From NCBI GenBank assembly GCA_003518055.1, contig DOZJ01000005.1, forward strand, positions 1,319 through 65,318: a DNA stretch of 64,000 nt, given 5' to 3'. This document shows, piece by piece, positions 28,580 to 39,077 of this stretch (position 1 is the first letter of the stretch; each line of letters opens with the position of its first letter). Both the position numbers and the translations under genes were made by a program. The stretch is from Candidatus Falkowbacteria bacterium (GTDB taxonomy: Bacteria; Patescibacteriota; Patescibacteriia; UBA11705). The notes under the pieces are model-generated. The model saw only the letters and a program-made list of their open reading frames with translations, searched no databases and had not been told where the DNA came from.

Positions 28580-28697
28580 AAGGAGATTTGAACGATTAAT
28601 AAATTGGTGAGTAAATAAAAAGTAAAACAGTAAATCGAAAATTGATATTACGCCATTCAGGATTGTACTCCCTGTTTTTAAATTAGCTTTTCGAATT

Positions 28698-29396
28698 TCA
28701 AATTTGAAACTTTGAATTTAGCGCCGTGAACAACTCAGGCTCCAAATCCTCAGGCACAAAATAAAACACATCTTTGCCATTTTCTTTGACGGCGCCAACC
28801 TTAACCAGCTTTTCCCCTCTTGGAATTACAGGGTGCCGACCTCCCTGCATATTTTTAAAATAATATTTAGCGATTTTTTCCAGCAATTCAGGACTTAAAA
28901 TCCCTTTAAAAGACCGCCATTTAGAATTATGATGGACATTGCCCCAAAACAGCACCCTGATTTCAAATTCATGATTGCGTTTTTTATAATCCGCCTCAGA
29001 CATTCCCTCCGGTTTAACTGTTGATTGATAACTCTTGGTTGTATTATAATTTCCGCGCTTGATATCCTCTTCATACTCCTCCTTAGTTACCACTGAAAGA
29101 CCATTGCCCCTGTTTATTACCAACCTATCCTGAACATAAGGATCTGTCCCCTCCGGCCATCTAATCAAATTTGTCCCGTGCTTTAAATACGTCCATCCCT
29201 CAGGAATATTTTTCTCCCAATCAATATCAACGGCCTCAAAAATTACGGCCCGGCCGGGATCATCTTTTTTGGCGGTAAAACCCGCCACCTTCATCACTTT
29301 TCCGGCTCGAATAACCAAACTTCCCATCTTCAATTCCTCTGTTGGCGGTTGAACTTGGTTTTTCACCGGCATTGTCGGAAAATTTTCCATCGACAT
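28698..29396 (-). CDS. Hypothetical protein
   Basis: 232-aa ORF co-oriented within an operon-like run. Confidence 0.7.
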   Translation of the reverse strand: MSMENFPTMPVKNQVQPPTEELKMGSLVIRAGKVMKVAGFTAKKDDPGRAVIFEAVDIDWEKNIPEGWTYLKHGTNLIRWPEGTDPYVQDRLVINRGNGLSVVTKEEYEEDIKRGNYNTTKSYQSTVKPEGMSEADYKKRNHEFEIRVLFWGNVHHNSKWRSFKGILSPELLEKIAKYYFKNMQGGRHPVIPRGEKLVKVGAVKENGKDVFYFVPEDLEPELFTALNSKFQI

Positions 29397-29401
29397 AAAA
29401 A

Positions 29402-30493
29402 TTAATTAAGCCTGCTAATAATCGCCTCCGCCGCTTCACCCGTAGCCAAATTCGGCTGGCAGTAATCATCAATCACCACCGGATGATATTCAATTTCGGT
29501 CACGCCCTCTTTATTCATGTGAATCATCAGCCCCAACCCCTCACGCGTATCCTGACTCCACATTTGGTCAAAGACAAAATTGCCCAAACTGTAAAATATA
29601 TATTTTTCTTTGTAAAGTTCCATTTTCTGCACCACGTGAGGATGATGGCCGAGCACCAAATCCGCGCCCGCGTCAATTGCCGCGCGAGCAAATGTCCGCT
29701 GATGCTCTGACGGATCATTCACGTACTCAACGCCGTCATGCATCGAAACAATAATTAAATCCGCGCCCTGCTCTTTGGCTTCATTTATATCTTGAATCAA
29801 TTGCTCCATATCCATAATGGCCATGCCCGCGTTTTTCCCGGTCGCCCGATACTCCACCGGTCCATAACCATACGCCAAAAAAGCCATCTTAATCCCCTTT
29901 ACTTCTTTGATCAGCGGATTAACCATCTCATCCAGCTTTTTCCCCGCCCCAACATACTCAAGCTCATTGGCCTTTAAATATTCAAATGTTTTCGCCCAGC
30001 CCTCTTGACCGAAATTACCAATGTGATTATTCGGCAGACTCAAAATATCAAATCCGGCGATCTTCAACGCCTCAGCCGACCGCGGGTCGGCGCGAAAGGA
30101 AAAAGATCCTGTCGGCACCGGCTCGCCGGCGATTATCGGACTCTCGAGATTACCAATCGCCACATCCGCCGACTGCACCAGTTTACGCGTCGGTTCAAGA
30201 CAATACATAAAATCATTTTTTTGAATCATCTTCTGTTCCACCGTCCGGCTCATCATAATATCGCCAACCACGAAAAGTGTCAATTCTTCTTGCTCTTTTT
30301 TGTGAAACAAAGCGATTTGCTCTCGCTGCCACTTTTGCCAATCAGCAAAATCCACGTATTCAAGTTTCTCTTCCGGCCGCACTTTTTCAAACGAAACCGC
30401 CTTATTTGGCAGCCAAAAAATCAACGCCAAAACTCCAGCCGCCACCAAAACCGCCAACGCTGAGATCAAACTGATTGTCGTGATTTTATTCAT
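29402..30493 (-). CDS. CapA/PGA_cap family metallophosphoesterase-fold protein
   Basis: VGDIMM.R, GNLESP, LPNNH, SMHDGVEY, GHHPHV, YSLGNFVFDQ; N-terminal TM. Confidence 0.93.
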   Translation of the reverse strand: MNKITTISLISALAVLVAAGVLALIFWLPNKAVSFEKVRPEEKLEYVDFADWQKWQREQIALFHKKEQEELTLFVVGDIMMSRTVEQKMIQKNDFMYCLEPTRKLVQSADVAIGNLESPIIAGEPVPTGSFSFRADPRSAEALKIAGFDILSLPNNHIGNFGQEGWAKTFEYLKANELEYVGAGKKLDEMVNPLIKEVKGIKMAFLAYGYGPVEYRATGKNAGMAIMDMEQLIQDINEAKEQGADLIIVSMHDGVEYVNDPSEHQRTFARAAIDAGADLVLGHHPHVVQKMELYKEKYIFYSLGNFVFDQMWSQDTREGLGLMIHMNKEGVTEIEYHPVVIDDYCQPNLATGEAAEAIISRLN

Positions 30494-30560
30494 TGATTTT
30501 TTAATTCCGCATTACTTGTACGTAATAATTTCAAACCGTCACACAGCTAATACTTCAAAT

Positions 30561-31658
30561 TTACTTTTTCACCTGACTTCTCAAATACGCTTCGATAAAC
30601 GCCATCAAATCACCATCAAGCACTGATTCAACCTTGTCCGTTTCCTCACCCGTTCGATGATCCTTGACCATTTTATATGGATGCAAAACATACGATCGCG
30701 TTTGATTACCCCAAGCCGCCTCCGTGTATTCACCTCGCAATTTTTGCCTTTCTTCTTCCACCTCGGCTTCATAATACTGCTGCAACTTTGACTGCAGATG
30801 GCGAAGCGCTTTTTCTTTATTTTGAATTTGCGACCGTTCATTTTGACATGAAACCACTATACCGGTCGGCAGATGCGTAATTCTAATCGCTGAATCCGTC
30901 GTATTCACACTCTGACCGCCATGGCCGCCGGCCCGAAACGTGTCGATTCGCAATTCGTCCGGTTTAATTTCCACCGTCACCTCATCGTCCAGCCAAGGCA
31001 AAACCTCCACCATGGCAAATGATGTATGGCGCATCTTTTCCGCGTCAAATGGCGATATTCGCACCAGCCGATGCACCCCGGCCTCGGCTTTGAGATAACC
31101 GTAAGCGTACCTGCCCTCCACGTCAAACTGCACACTCTTGATCCCCGCTTCCTGACCAGATGAAATGCTAATTATTTCCGTCTTCCAACCCTGCTTTTCC
31201 GCCAACCGTAAATACATTCGCAAAAGCATCTCCGCCCAATCCTGCGCATCAGTGCCGCCGGTACCGGCATGAATAGTCACGATCGCGGATTTTGTATCGT
31301 ATTTTCCGGCCAAAAACAACTCCAGCTCCATCTGTGAAAACATCTTTTCCAACTTTTCAATTTGAACTTCAAAATCCTCGCGCAAATTAACCGCCTCATC
31401 AGCTGAATCAAGCGCCAGCATTTCCTGTAAGTCTTCAATTTCTTTTTTAAATTTCTGCCACTTCTGAATCTCTTGTTTCAAGGCGCTGGCCGCAGAGCCG
31501 ATTCGCCGCGCTTTTTCTTGATCAGCCCAAAACCCCGGCAGGCTCATTTCTGCTTCAAGCGCATCCATTTTTTCCTGTTTTTTCTGAATATCAACCACCG
31601 CCCATGCTCTGATGAGTCTTTCATTCAAATTATCCAATTTTTGCTGCAAATCATTCAT
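30561..31658 (-). CDS. prfB: Peptide chain release factor 2, continuous ORF
   Basis: SPF specificity motif (ISPFD), GGQ, GVHRLVR. Confidence 0.97.
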   Translation of the reverse strand: MNDLQQKLDNLNERLIRAWAVVDIQKKQEKMDALEAEMSLPGFWADQEKARRIGSAASALKQEIQKWQKFKKEIEDLQEMLALDSADEAVNLREDFEVQIEKLEKMFSQMELELFLAGKYDTKSAIVTIHAGTGGTDAQDWAEMLLRMYLRLAEKQGWKTEIISISSGQEAGIKSVQFDVEGRYAYGYLKAEAGVHRLVRISPFDAEKMRHTSFAMVEVLPWLDDEVTVEIKPDELRIDTFRAGGHGGQSVNTTDSAIRITHLPTGIVVSCQNERSQIQNKEKALRHLQSKLQQYYEAEVEEERQKLRGEYTEAAWGNQTRSYVLHPYKMVKDHRTGEETDKVESVLDGDLMAFIEAYLRSQVKK

Positions 31659-31888
31659 AAAAATATAGCCCTAACTTACAATTTACCCCCTAGCGTTACC
31701 ATCATTAGTGAAAACGACTTAACCAAACCGTTTTCACTCACGTTGCCACATTATTGCCATTATACTAAAATCAAAATAAAAAATAAAGGTTTCCCTTTAT
31801 TTTAGCTAAAATTGACTAAGACAATTGACCTTTTACCACAAAATGCTACGATGATTGAATCCCACAACCACCACCCCAAGAAAGGAGC

Positions 31889-32203
31889 ATGAATATGGAA
31901 AAAATTTTTGGCATTAACTATGCTTTTCTTCTTATCATTTTGGGATCTTTGCTGGTCGCCTTTAGCTTCATGGCCCGATTCGTTTCCTGGTTTCATGACA
32001 ACTCACCGTTTCATATCGCCATGGGAATCATCGCTTTAAGTGCCGGAGTAGTTTTATTCCTCGCCCCCAACAACCCTGTATCATCTTCGATGATGTTCAT
32101 TAAATTTATTGTTGGTTCTCTGTCTAGTATGAGCGGTCTGTATCTTATTGGTTTTTATTCCTACGCCATGCATCAAAAACGCCATCGTTCTTGCAACTGC
32201 TAA
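31889..32203 (+). CDS. Small membrane protein (3 TM)
   Basis: AAGGAG SD and hydrophobic helices. Confidence 0.7.
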   Translation: MNMEKIFGINYAFLLIILGSLLVAFSFMARFVSWFHDNSPFHIAMGIIALSAGVVLFLAPNNPVSSSMMFIKFIVGSLSSMSGLYLIGFYSYAMHQKRHRSCNC

Positions 32204-32324
32204 CTCAGCAGTTTTTTTATTATCACGCCAAAAATATATTTTTGTAAAAATGTCCCCCATAAACGACTCGCCATTTTCAAACACTTTTTGTAAAAGTCAC
32301 GTTTATCAACTGGATTATTCACAT

Positions 32325-33515
32325 TCAACTCTCCCGCTTCTCCAATTTCACCTTAACGACTTTCACCTCACCGTCATGCCACACCTTGAGTTCAATTTCG
32401 TCATCGACGCCATACTTCTGAATTTCCGTCGCCAGCGTCACTTTATCCAACTTTACGCCGTTAATTTCTAAAATTATATCATTGGCTTCCAACCCGGCCT
32501 TATCCGCCGGCGATCCCGGCGCCACCGCTAAATCCGCGTCTGTTCGGCCGGCGACAATCAACGCGCCATAATCAACCGAGATTTCGTTGGCTTTGGCCAG
32601 CTCCGACGTGACATTTTGATACCGAACCCCGAGCCACGGCCGGACAATCTCGCCAAATTCCTTGACACTATTGACCACTTGTTTGGCCACATTGATTGGA
32701 ATGGCAAAACCGATTGATTCACCCTCGCGGTTAACAGCGGTATTTATCCCCACCACCTCCCCGCTCAGATTTATCAGCGGCCCGCCGGAATTACCCGGAT
32801 TGATCGCGGCGTCAGTTTGCAGCGCTTCATCAATTATATCCGCCTGAAAATTTGATCCGGCCACCACCCGCCTGTCGATCCCGCTGATGATGCCTTTTGT
32901 CACCGTATTTTGATATTCACCTAGAGTATAACCGATAGCAATCACGGTTTGACCGAGCTCAAGCGCGTCCGAATCACCCAAATTGACCACCGGCAGATCC
33001 ACCGCTTCAATCTTGATTATCGCCAAATCATTATTAAAATCTCGAGCCAAAATTTTGGCCTCAAATTCTCGTCCATCCGCCATAACCACCGAATACTCCG
33101 CCGCTTCATCCGACACCACATGTTTATTAGTTAAAATTAAACCATCAGCACTAACAATAAATCCCGTACCGCCGCCGACTCGTTGCGACTCGCCCGACTC
33201 GGGGTTCAATTGTGGTCCGAACGGATTAAAAGGATCAATCAGCCCTTCGGTCAACTCTTTACTGACAATAATACTGACCACTGACGGCGAAACCTTGGCG
33301 ACCGCCGAGATGGTGGCCGACTCTTCCTCCACCGAGACCACTGTTTTATTTTCAATCATCGCTCTTTCATAATCGGAAAAAAACTTACCGGCCAGCGGCA
33401 AACTTTTGATGGCCGGAGTCAAAAATAACCCGCCCAACACGCCGGCCGAGCCGCCGACGATTAAACTGACGATCACCGTGACAATCAAAAATTCTCGAGT
33501 AAATTTTTCTGCCAT
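32325..33515 (-). CDS. htrA: HtrA/DegP-family serine protease with PDZ domain
   Basis: LTNKHVV, NDLA, INPGNSGGPL catalytic triad; C-terminal PDZ. Confidence 0.95.
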   Translation of the reverse strand: MAEKFTREFLIVTVIVSLIVGGSAGVLGGLFLTPAIKSLPLAGKFFSDYERAMIENKTVVSVEEESATISAVAKVSPSVVSIIVSKELTEGLIDPFNPFGPQLNPESGESQRVGGGTGFIVSADGLILTNKHVVSDEAAEYSVVMADGREFEAKILARDFNNDLAIIKIEAVDLPVVNLGDSDALELGQTVIAIGYTLGEYQNTVTKGIISGIDRRVVAGSNFQADIIDEALQTDAAINPGNSGGPLINLSGEVVGINTAVNREGESIGFAIPINVAKQVVNSVKEFGEIVRPWLGVRYQNVTSELAKANEISVDYGALIVAGRTDADLAVAPGSPADKAGLEANDIILEINGVKLDKVTLATEIQKYGVDDEIELKVWHDGEVKVVKVKLEKRES

Positions 33516-33640
33516 ATATGTTTATTTTTAATTTATTTATAATAATCAATTTTAAATTTTGGTGTTTCTCCAAAAATCAATTTACCAAATTTTATTACAT
33601 TGTAAAATATCACCGCGCGAGTCTTTTAGTCTTTTTATTT

Positions 33641-33958
33641 CTAAATTTCACCTCCATATTGCCTCAAATCAATCCTGTTGTTTACCACTTTGACTCCCTC
33701 CAGCTCCAATAAAGCGATTTTATGCTTTTGGCTGTGCCGAAACCCGCCGATCGAACCATCAGCACGAACCACTCGATGACACGGAATTTTAACGAAAGAC
33801 TGAGACAAAAAATCCGCCTGATTTTTATTCAACGCGTTGCCCACGGCTCTAGCCGCTGCCGGGCGGCCAATTTTTTCCGCGATCCGGCTATAGGTTAATA
33901 CGCGGCCGGCCGGAATTTCTTTCACCATATCCAAAACTTGTTTTTGAAAATCCGACAT
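33641..33958 (-). CDS. ogt: Methylated-DNA--protein-cysteine methyltransferase (MGMT family)
   Basis: IPAGRVLTY, AARAVG, IPCHRVV. Confidence 0.88.
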   Translation of the reverse strand: MSDFQKQVLDMVKEIPAGRVLTYSRIAEKIGRPAAARAVGNALNKNQADFLSQSFVKIPCHRVVRADGSIGGFRHSQKHKIALLELEGVKVVNNRIDLRQYGGEI

Positions 33959-34020
33959 AGCTTATTTCTTTATAAAAAAACCAATCTATCGCTGACTGGT
34001 TTTATCAAAATGTCTAATGT

Positions 34021-34806
34021 CTAAGGTTGACCGGCCATAAACGATGACCGAACCGCCCCAAGTTCACTGAATCGATCACTCATTTCTCTATTGGCCGCGT
34101 ACTGAGCTGATTCAAAAGAATAAATCATTCCTCGCTCCTGATTTTCGCCGATTTTAATCCACTGCGCCCGCTCCGGTTCCGCCGCGATATATTCCTGCCA
34201 CTCAGACTCGGTCCACACTTTGAGCGTAAACAAATCAGGCTGGGCTGAAAAGCCGAAAACATATGTCGCGAGAGGAAACGCACCGTCATGATTTGAATTC
34301 AACCGGTTGGCCACAGTATAACCAGCCCAAGATTCCGGAAAAGAGAAAGAAAAAGCATATTGATTATTAATATATGAAATTTGCGAATCAACCACGTTAT
34401 TATCCGGAGCTTGATCCAGCGTCACCGGCTCATTGGATTCAGTTGTCCGAGTTTTACACTCACCAGCCAGACAAACCAGTTGCTTGCTCAGTACCTGATC
34501 AAAGCCGCACACCGCCCCATCCGGTCGGCCGAAACAATCTTCATCAAACTCCTCGATTCCCGCTGCTGGTGGTGGAACTATTTGACCTGATTTCCATTGA
34601 TCCAAGTCTACCATCAACTGAGCGATTTGCGCCTGCTGAGTCTCAACTATTGGTTTGTGATACCAAAAATAAGCAGCCGCGCCGAAAATTATCAATACTA
34701 TTGTTTCAATTACCGCCGCTAACATATAAAACCGGCTCAATTTTTGGTTGAAGTCTTCTTTCCGTTGATCATCTAAGGATAAATTTGCCTCTGGAATCTC
34801 ATTCAT
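34021..34806 (-). CDS. Membrane-anchored hypothetical protein
   Basis: N-terminal TM; YINNQYAFSFSFPESW motif (PsbP-like, inferred). Confidence 0.75.
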   Translation of the reverse strand: MNEIPEANLSLDDQRKEDFNQKLSRFYMLAAVIETIVLIIFGAAAYFWYHKPIVETQQAQIAQLMVDLDQWKSGQIVPPPAAGIEEFDEDCFGRPDGAVCGFDQVLSKQLVCLAGECKTRTTESNEPVTLDQAPDNNVVDSQISYINNQYAFSFSFPESWAGYTVANRLNSNHDGAFPLATYVFGFSAQPDLFTLKVWTESEWQEYIAAEPERAQWIKIGENQERGMIYSFESAQYAANREMSDRFSELGAVRSSFMAGQP

Positions 34807-34814
34807 ATTTTAGT

Positions 34815-35112
34815 TTATTTCAATAAATTTTTAATCAAATCCGAATCGATTTGCGTCGTGGTGCCGCTCTTCATACCATCAAGCTCCTGAAATAGCTTGT
34901 CATAAGTTTCATAGCTCTTTTTCAAAAACGGCGGCAAAAATACCAACATCAAAATAATCGGCAGGGCGATCAAAACCAGTTTCAATATATTGATTATTTT
35001 AAGCCACAGAATATACTTCCTGATTTTTTCCGCGCTCTCGTATGTTTTTTTAGCGTAATCCAAATTCCGCTCCAAAAGCATTTCCAATCGCTTGTGATCA
35101 TTGCCTTCCATA
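34815..35112 (-). CDS. Small membrane protein
   Basis: One TM helix; start position approximate. Confidence 0.65.
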
Positions 35113-35186
35113 ACGCCCCCCCCATAAAATTCACACATCAGCACCCCAAAATATGGGGGGTGAGAATCTCATGATTAATTTTTAAG

Positions 35187-35882
35187 TCACCTTAACTTAC
35201 AGATACCAAACCAGTCTTTCACCTCTTCCCTTATTATTTCAAGATCTTTCAATAAAAATCTTTTTTCTTGTATAAAATTTTGATCCACCAATTCCGGCGC
35301 CGGCTTGAACCGTTGAATATAAAAAGCGTCCGCACCCTTTACTTGTCTGGCCATTTTCACCACGTCTTCGGGCGTATGCAGTCCGGGCAAAACCGTTGAC
35401 CGAAACTCGTGGGGTAATTTACTATCCATTATTATTTTAACACTTTGCCTCAGTTTATCCAAATCCACCTTGACCCCAACCACGCGTTCATATTTGGCCC
35501 ACGGAGCTTTGATGTCCATAGCCACATAATCAATCAACCGCCTGTTGATTAACTTTTGAATGATACTCGGCCTAAACCCATTTGTATCCAATTTAATCTT
35601 GTAGCCCAAATCTTTTACCGCCGCGCAGAACTCGGCCAAATCTTTTTGCAGCGTTGGCTCACCGCCGGTTATGCACACCGCGTCAAGCAATTTTTTTCTC
35701 GCCCGCAAAAAATCTAAAACGTCTTTGTCCGTTCGCAGATTCGGTTCAAATTTTTCCGGTAATACCAGCCCCGGATTATGGCAAAAATGACAGCGGAAAT
35801 TGCACCCAAGCGTAAAAATCGTGGCCGCCACCTGCCCCGGATAATCCAACAACGTCATTTTTTGCAACCCGCCTATAAGCAT
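35187..35882 (-). CDS. nrdG: Anaerobic ribonucleotide reductase activating protein
   Basis: GCNFRCHFCHNP, ITGGEPT, KLDTNG; adjacent to nrdD. Confidence 0.95.
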   Translation of the reverse strand: MLIGGLQKMTLLDYPGQVAATIFTLGCNFRCHFCHNPGLVLPEKFEPNLRTDKDVLDFLRARKKLLDAVCITGGEPTLQKDLAEFCAAVKDLGYKIKLDTNGFRPSIIQKLINRRLIDYVAMDIKAPWAKYERVVGVKVDLDKLRQSVKIIMDSKLPHEFRSTVLPGLHTPEDVVKMARQVKGADAFYIQRFKPAPELVDQNFIQEKRFLLKDLEIIREEVKDWFGICKLR

Positions 35883-35888
35883 AGATAT

Positions 35889-35950
35889 ACAGCGTTTAGG
35901 GTTTAGCGTTTAGGGTATAGTGATTTTTACTAAACGCTATACGCTATCCC
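35889..35950. repeat. Inverted heptamer repeat
   Basis: AGCGTTT-AGGGTTT-AGCGTTT-AGGGTAT facing TAAACGC-TATACGC-TATCCC. Confidence 0.6.
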
Positions 35951-36019
35951 CTCATCAAGACACAAATCCCCCGACCTTCAGCCGAGGGATATTTTTATGT
36001 CAATAAAATTATCTGTTTC

Positions 36020-36175
36020 TTAACTTTCCTTTCCCACAGACAACATCCGATCATATTCCTTGCGATCGCCGAACTCAGCCTGTTTCCCTTTGTTCCAGCG
36101 GTGAATCGGACTCAAATAGCCGACTACTCGGGAATAAATCTCGCATTTTTGTCGTTGAAGTTTTTCTGCGGGCAT
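36020..36175 (-). CDS. Stand-alone glycyl-radical subunit of split class III RNR (51 aa)
   Basis: MPAEKLQRQKCEIYSRVVGYLSPIHRWNKGKQAEFGDRKEYDRMLSVGKES; the RVVGY loop is absent from the large NrdD. Confidence 0.9.
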   Translation of the reverse strand: MPAEKLQRQKCEIYSRVVGYLSPIHRWNKGKQAEFGDRKEYDRMLSVGKES

Positions 36176-36292
36176 AACTTTTTGTTTTTATTTCCCCCGA
36201 CCGACAACCCATACTTGTTGAGCGGGATTATGATTAAGCACTATTATTTTATAACTTTTTTTTCCACTTGAAAACCACCTGATTTATCCACA

Positions 36293-38350
36293 CTAAACCG
36301 TCTTATTCAGAATTTCATCCGCGTGTTCAGCGTAGCCCATTTCCTCATCACATTTGGGACAATATTCATGTTCCCCTGACAAATAACCATGGAGCGGACA
36401 GACGCTGAACGTCGGTGTGATGGTAAAATACGGCAACCGAAAATTTTCCGCGATTTTGCGCACCAACCCTTTGGTACTCTCGGCTGATGGCATTTTTTCG
36501 CCCAAAAACCCATGAAGCACCGTTCCGCCTGTATATCTCGTCTGTAGGTCATCCTGCAGCTTCAAGGCTTCGAATATATCATCGGTGTACCCGACCGGCA
36601 GTTGTGATGAATTGGTATAATAAGGATCCGCGCCCGCTTCCTGAACCGCCTTTTCATTGGCCACGATAATATCCGGAAACTGCTTTTTATCGAGCCGCGC
36701 AAACCGATACGCCGTACCCTCGGCCGGAGTGGCCTCGAGGTTAAACAGTTGATTTGATTCATTCTGATAATCCATCAGACGCTCGCGCATAAAATCGAGA
36801 GTCTGTCTGGCAAACTTATGCCCCTCAACCGTTGTGATATCCTGTCCGAGCAAATTCAGCGCCGCTTCATTCATCCCATTTAAGCCAATGGTGTTGAAAT
36901 GATTTTTCCAGTATTCATTGAACCGCAATTTAATATTATCCAGATAATGTTTGGAATAAGGATAAAGCCCATTGTCTGTAAACTCTTCCAGCACTTTACG
37001 TTTAATGTCCAGACTTTGCCGCGCCAAATCCATTAAATCCGAAATTTTTTCAAAATATTCCTCTTTATCTTTGGCCAAAAACGCCGCTCGGGGCAGATTC
37101 AAAGTCACCACGCCGATTGAACCGGTTAATGGATTGGCCCCGAACAAACCGCCGCCGCGCTTCCTGAGTTCTCGATTATCAAGCCTGAGGCGGCAGCACA
37201 TACTGCGCGCGTCGTCAGGACTCATATCGCTGTTGATAAAATTGGAAAAATAAGGAATGCCGTATTTGGCCGTCATCTCCATGATTTTATCGATGATCAA
37301 ATTATCCCAGTCCCAATCAGCAGTCACATTATAGGTCGGAATCGGCCAGCTAAGCACGCGGCCGCTCTTGTCACCCTCAATCATGACTTCAATGAACGCT
37401 TGATTAAACATGTCCATTTCCTTTTGAAACTCGCCATATTTTTCCTTCATCGGCTGTCCGCCGATAATCACTGACTCGCCTGCCAAACTCTTGGGCACAA
37501 ATAAATCCATGGTAACGTTAGTGAACGGCGTTTGGAAACCGACTCGGGTCGGCACATTAATGTTATACAAAAACATCTGAATCTGCTGTTTCGTCTGTTC
37601 ATAATCCAACCCGTCATAGCGGATAAACGGCGCCGCCAGCGTATCAAAACTCGATACCGCCTGAGCCCCGGCCGCCTCACCTTGAAGCGTATAAAAGAAA
37701 TTAACCAGCTGACTGAGGGCCGTTGAAAAATGCTTTGGTGGTTTGCTCTGAACCTTGCCGCGAACCCCGCCAAATCCCCGCATCAGTAAATCCTTGAAAT
37801 CCCAGCCGCAGCAATAAGGCGCCAAGAGCTGCAAATCATGAATATGAAAGTCGCCGTTAACATGCGCCTCTTTGATATTTGGCGGATAAATCTTGTTGAG
37901 CCAATAATGAGAGCTGATGGTTGACGCCACATAATTATTCAATCCTTGCAGCGAATAATCCATGTTGGAATTTTCCTTGACTCGCCAATCGTTTAACTTC
38001 AAATAATCATCCATGAGCTGATCCGAATTAATCATGGCGTCAAGGTCTCTCATTTTCGCGTGCTGATCACGATAAATAATATACGCTTTAGCTGCTTTGA
38101 TATGATGATCTTCAATCAAAACGTTTTCAACCATATCTTGAATTTCCTCAACCGCCGGAATGGTGCGCTCATGAAATTTTTCATTCAAATTGTTCATCAC
38201 CTTCTCGGTCAAAAGGTCAGCCTCTTCCTGTCCACCCGATTTGGTGGCTTGAAGCGCCTTGAAAACCGCAGTTTGAATTTTCGCTTGATCAAAATCAACA
38301 ATCCGGCCGTCACGCTTGCGAATTTGGATAATCTTGTTGCCTGCGTACAT
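36293..38350 (-). CDS. nrdD: Anaerobic (class III) ribonucleoside-triphosphate reductase with ATP cone, lacking the C-terminal Gly-radical loop
   Basis: IRKRDG ATP cone, HIHDL, PYCCG, RSMCCRL, EATPAEG, YTGGTV, CPLHG...CPKC. Confidence 0.96.
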   Translation of the reverse strand: MYAGNKIIQIRKRDGRIVDFDQAKIQTAVFKALQATKSGGQEEADLLTEKVMNNLNEKFHERTIPAVEEIQDMVENVLIEDHHIKAAKAYIIYRDQHAKMRDLDAMINSDQLMDDYLKLNDWRVKENSNMDYSLQGLNNYVASTISSHYWLNKIYPPNIKEAHVNGDFHIHDLQLLAPYCCGWDFKDLLMRGFGGVRGKVQSKPPKHFSTALSQLVNFFYTLQGEAAGAQAVSSFDTLAAPFIRYDGLDYEQTKQQIQMFLYNINVPTRVGFQTPFTNVTMDLFVPKSLAGESVIIGGQPMKEKYGEFQKEMDMFNQAFIEVMIEGDKSGRVLSWPIPTYNVTADWDWDNLIIDKIMEMTAKYGIPYFSNFINSDMSPDDARSMCCRLRLDNRELRKRGGGLFGANPLTGSIGVVTLNLPRAAFLAKDKEEYFEKISDLMDLARQSLDIKRKVLEEFTDNGLYPYSKHYLDNIKLRFNEYWKNHFNTIGLNGMNEAALNLLGQDITTVEGHKFARQTLDFMRERLMDYQNESNQLFNLEATPAEGTAYRFARLDKKQFPDIIVANEKAVQEAGADPYYTNSSQLPVGYTDDIFEALKLQDDLQTRYTGGTVLHGFLGEKMPSAESTKGLVRKIAENFRLPYFTITPTFSVCPLHGYLSGEHEYCPKCDEEMGYAEHADEILNKTV

Positions 38351-38488
38351 AATATATTTATATAAATTTAATTACTATTTTATCTTTTTACAAAAATTTC
38401 TCGACCCACCCGCAAAACTTCCGCCGTTACAGTTACTAAGTCATACTTTTGTAAAAGCTTTGCCCTTTTTATTAAACGTTTGTAAAAC

Positions 38489-38959
38489 TTATTTCTTCTT
38501 CGTCAATTTTTTTATCTCCGCTTCAAATTCCTCAGCATCGGCAAATGATTTGTAAACCGACGCGAACCGGATATACGCCACCTTATCAACCTGCTTTAAA
38601 TTATCCATCACAATCTCGCCGATTTCTTGGCTCGAAATAATCGAGCCTTCTTTTTTATTTTTGATAAAGACTTGAATATCCCTTTCAATATTATTCACCA
38701 GTCTTTTAACCTTATCGACATCAACATCTCTTTTCTCAAGCGCCCGCTTTAGTCCCTTCTCCATTTTTTCCCGCGCGTAGGCCTCGCGGCTCCCATCGCG
38801 TTTAATCACCGTGACATCAAGCAATTCCACTTCTTCATAAGTGGAAAATCGAAAGTTACACTTGCTGCACTCCCGCCGCCGCCGAATCGCCAAACCATCA
38901 GCCGCCACGCGAGAATCAAGCACCTTGGTGTCTTCGTTGTAACAGACCGGACACTTCAT
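38489..38959 (-). CDS. nrdR: Transcriptional repressor NrdR
   Basis: MKCPVC...IRRRRECSKC..RFSTYE, ATP cone, VAYIRFASVY. Confidence 0.97.
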   Translation of the reverse strand: MKCPVCYNEDTKVLDSRVAADGLAIRRRRECSKCNFRFSTYEEVELLDVTVIKRDGSREAYAREKMEKGLKRALEKRDVDVDKVKRLVNNIERDIQVFIKNKKEGSIISSQEIGEIVMDNLKQVDKVAYIRFASVYKSFADAEEFEAEIKKLTKKK

Positions 38960-39028
38960 AATAAGAGCTTTTTATTCAGAAAAAAATTAACCACCTAACA
39001 GGTTAGCGTTGAAACGGACATTTCCCCA

Positions 39029-39077
39029 CAACCACATATGGTAGTTACTAGGTTAATTATACCACCATATCTTGCGA
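39029..39077. promoter_or_regulatory. Tandem NrdR boxes upstream of nrdR-nrdD-nrdG
   Basis: CAACCACATATGGTAG (39029) and CCACCATATCTTGCGA (39062) resemble acaCwAtATaTwGtgt; 33 bp apart. Confidence 0.65.

Noticed and set aside
30561-31658. Alternative genetic code (TGA=Gly, as in Gracilibacteria)
   Set aside because: RF2 is intact, long ORFs have no internal TGA, and several genes end in TGA.
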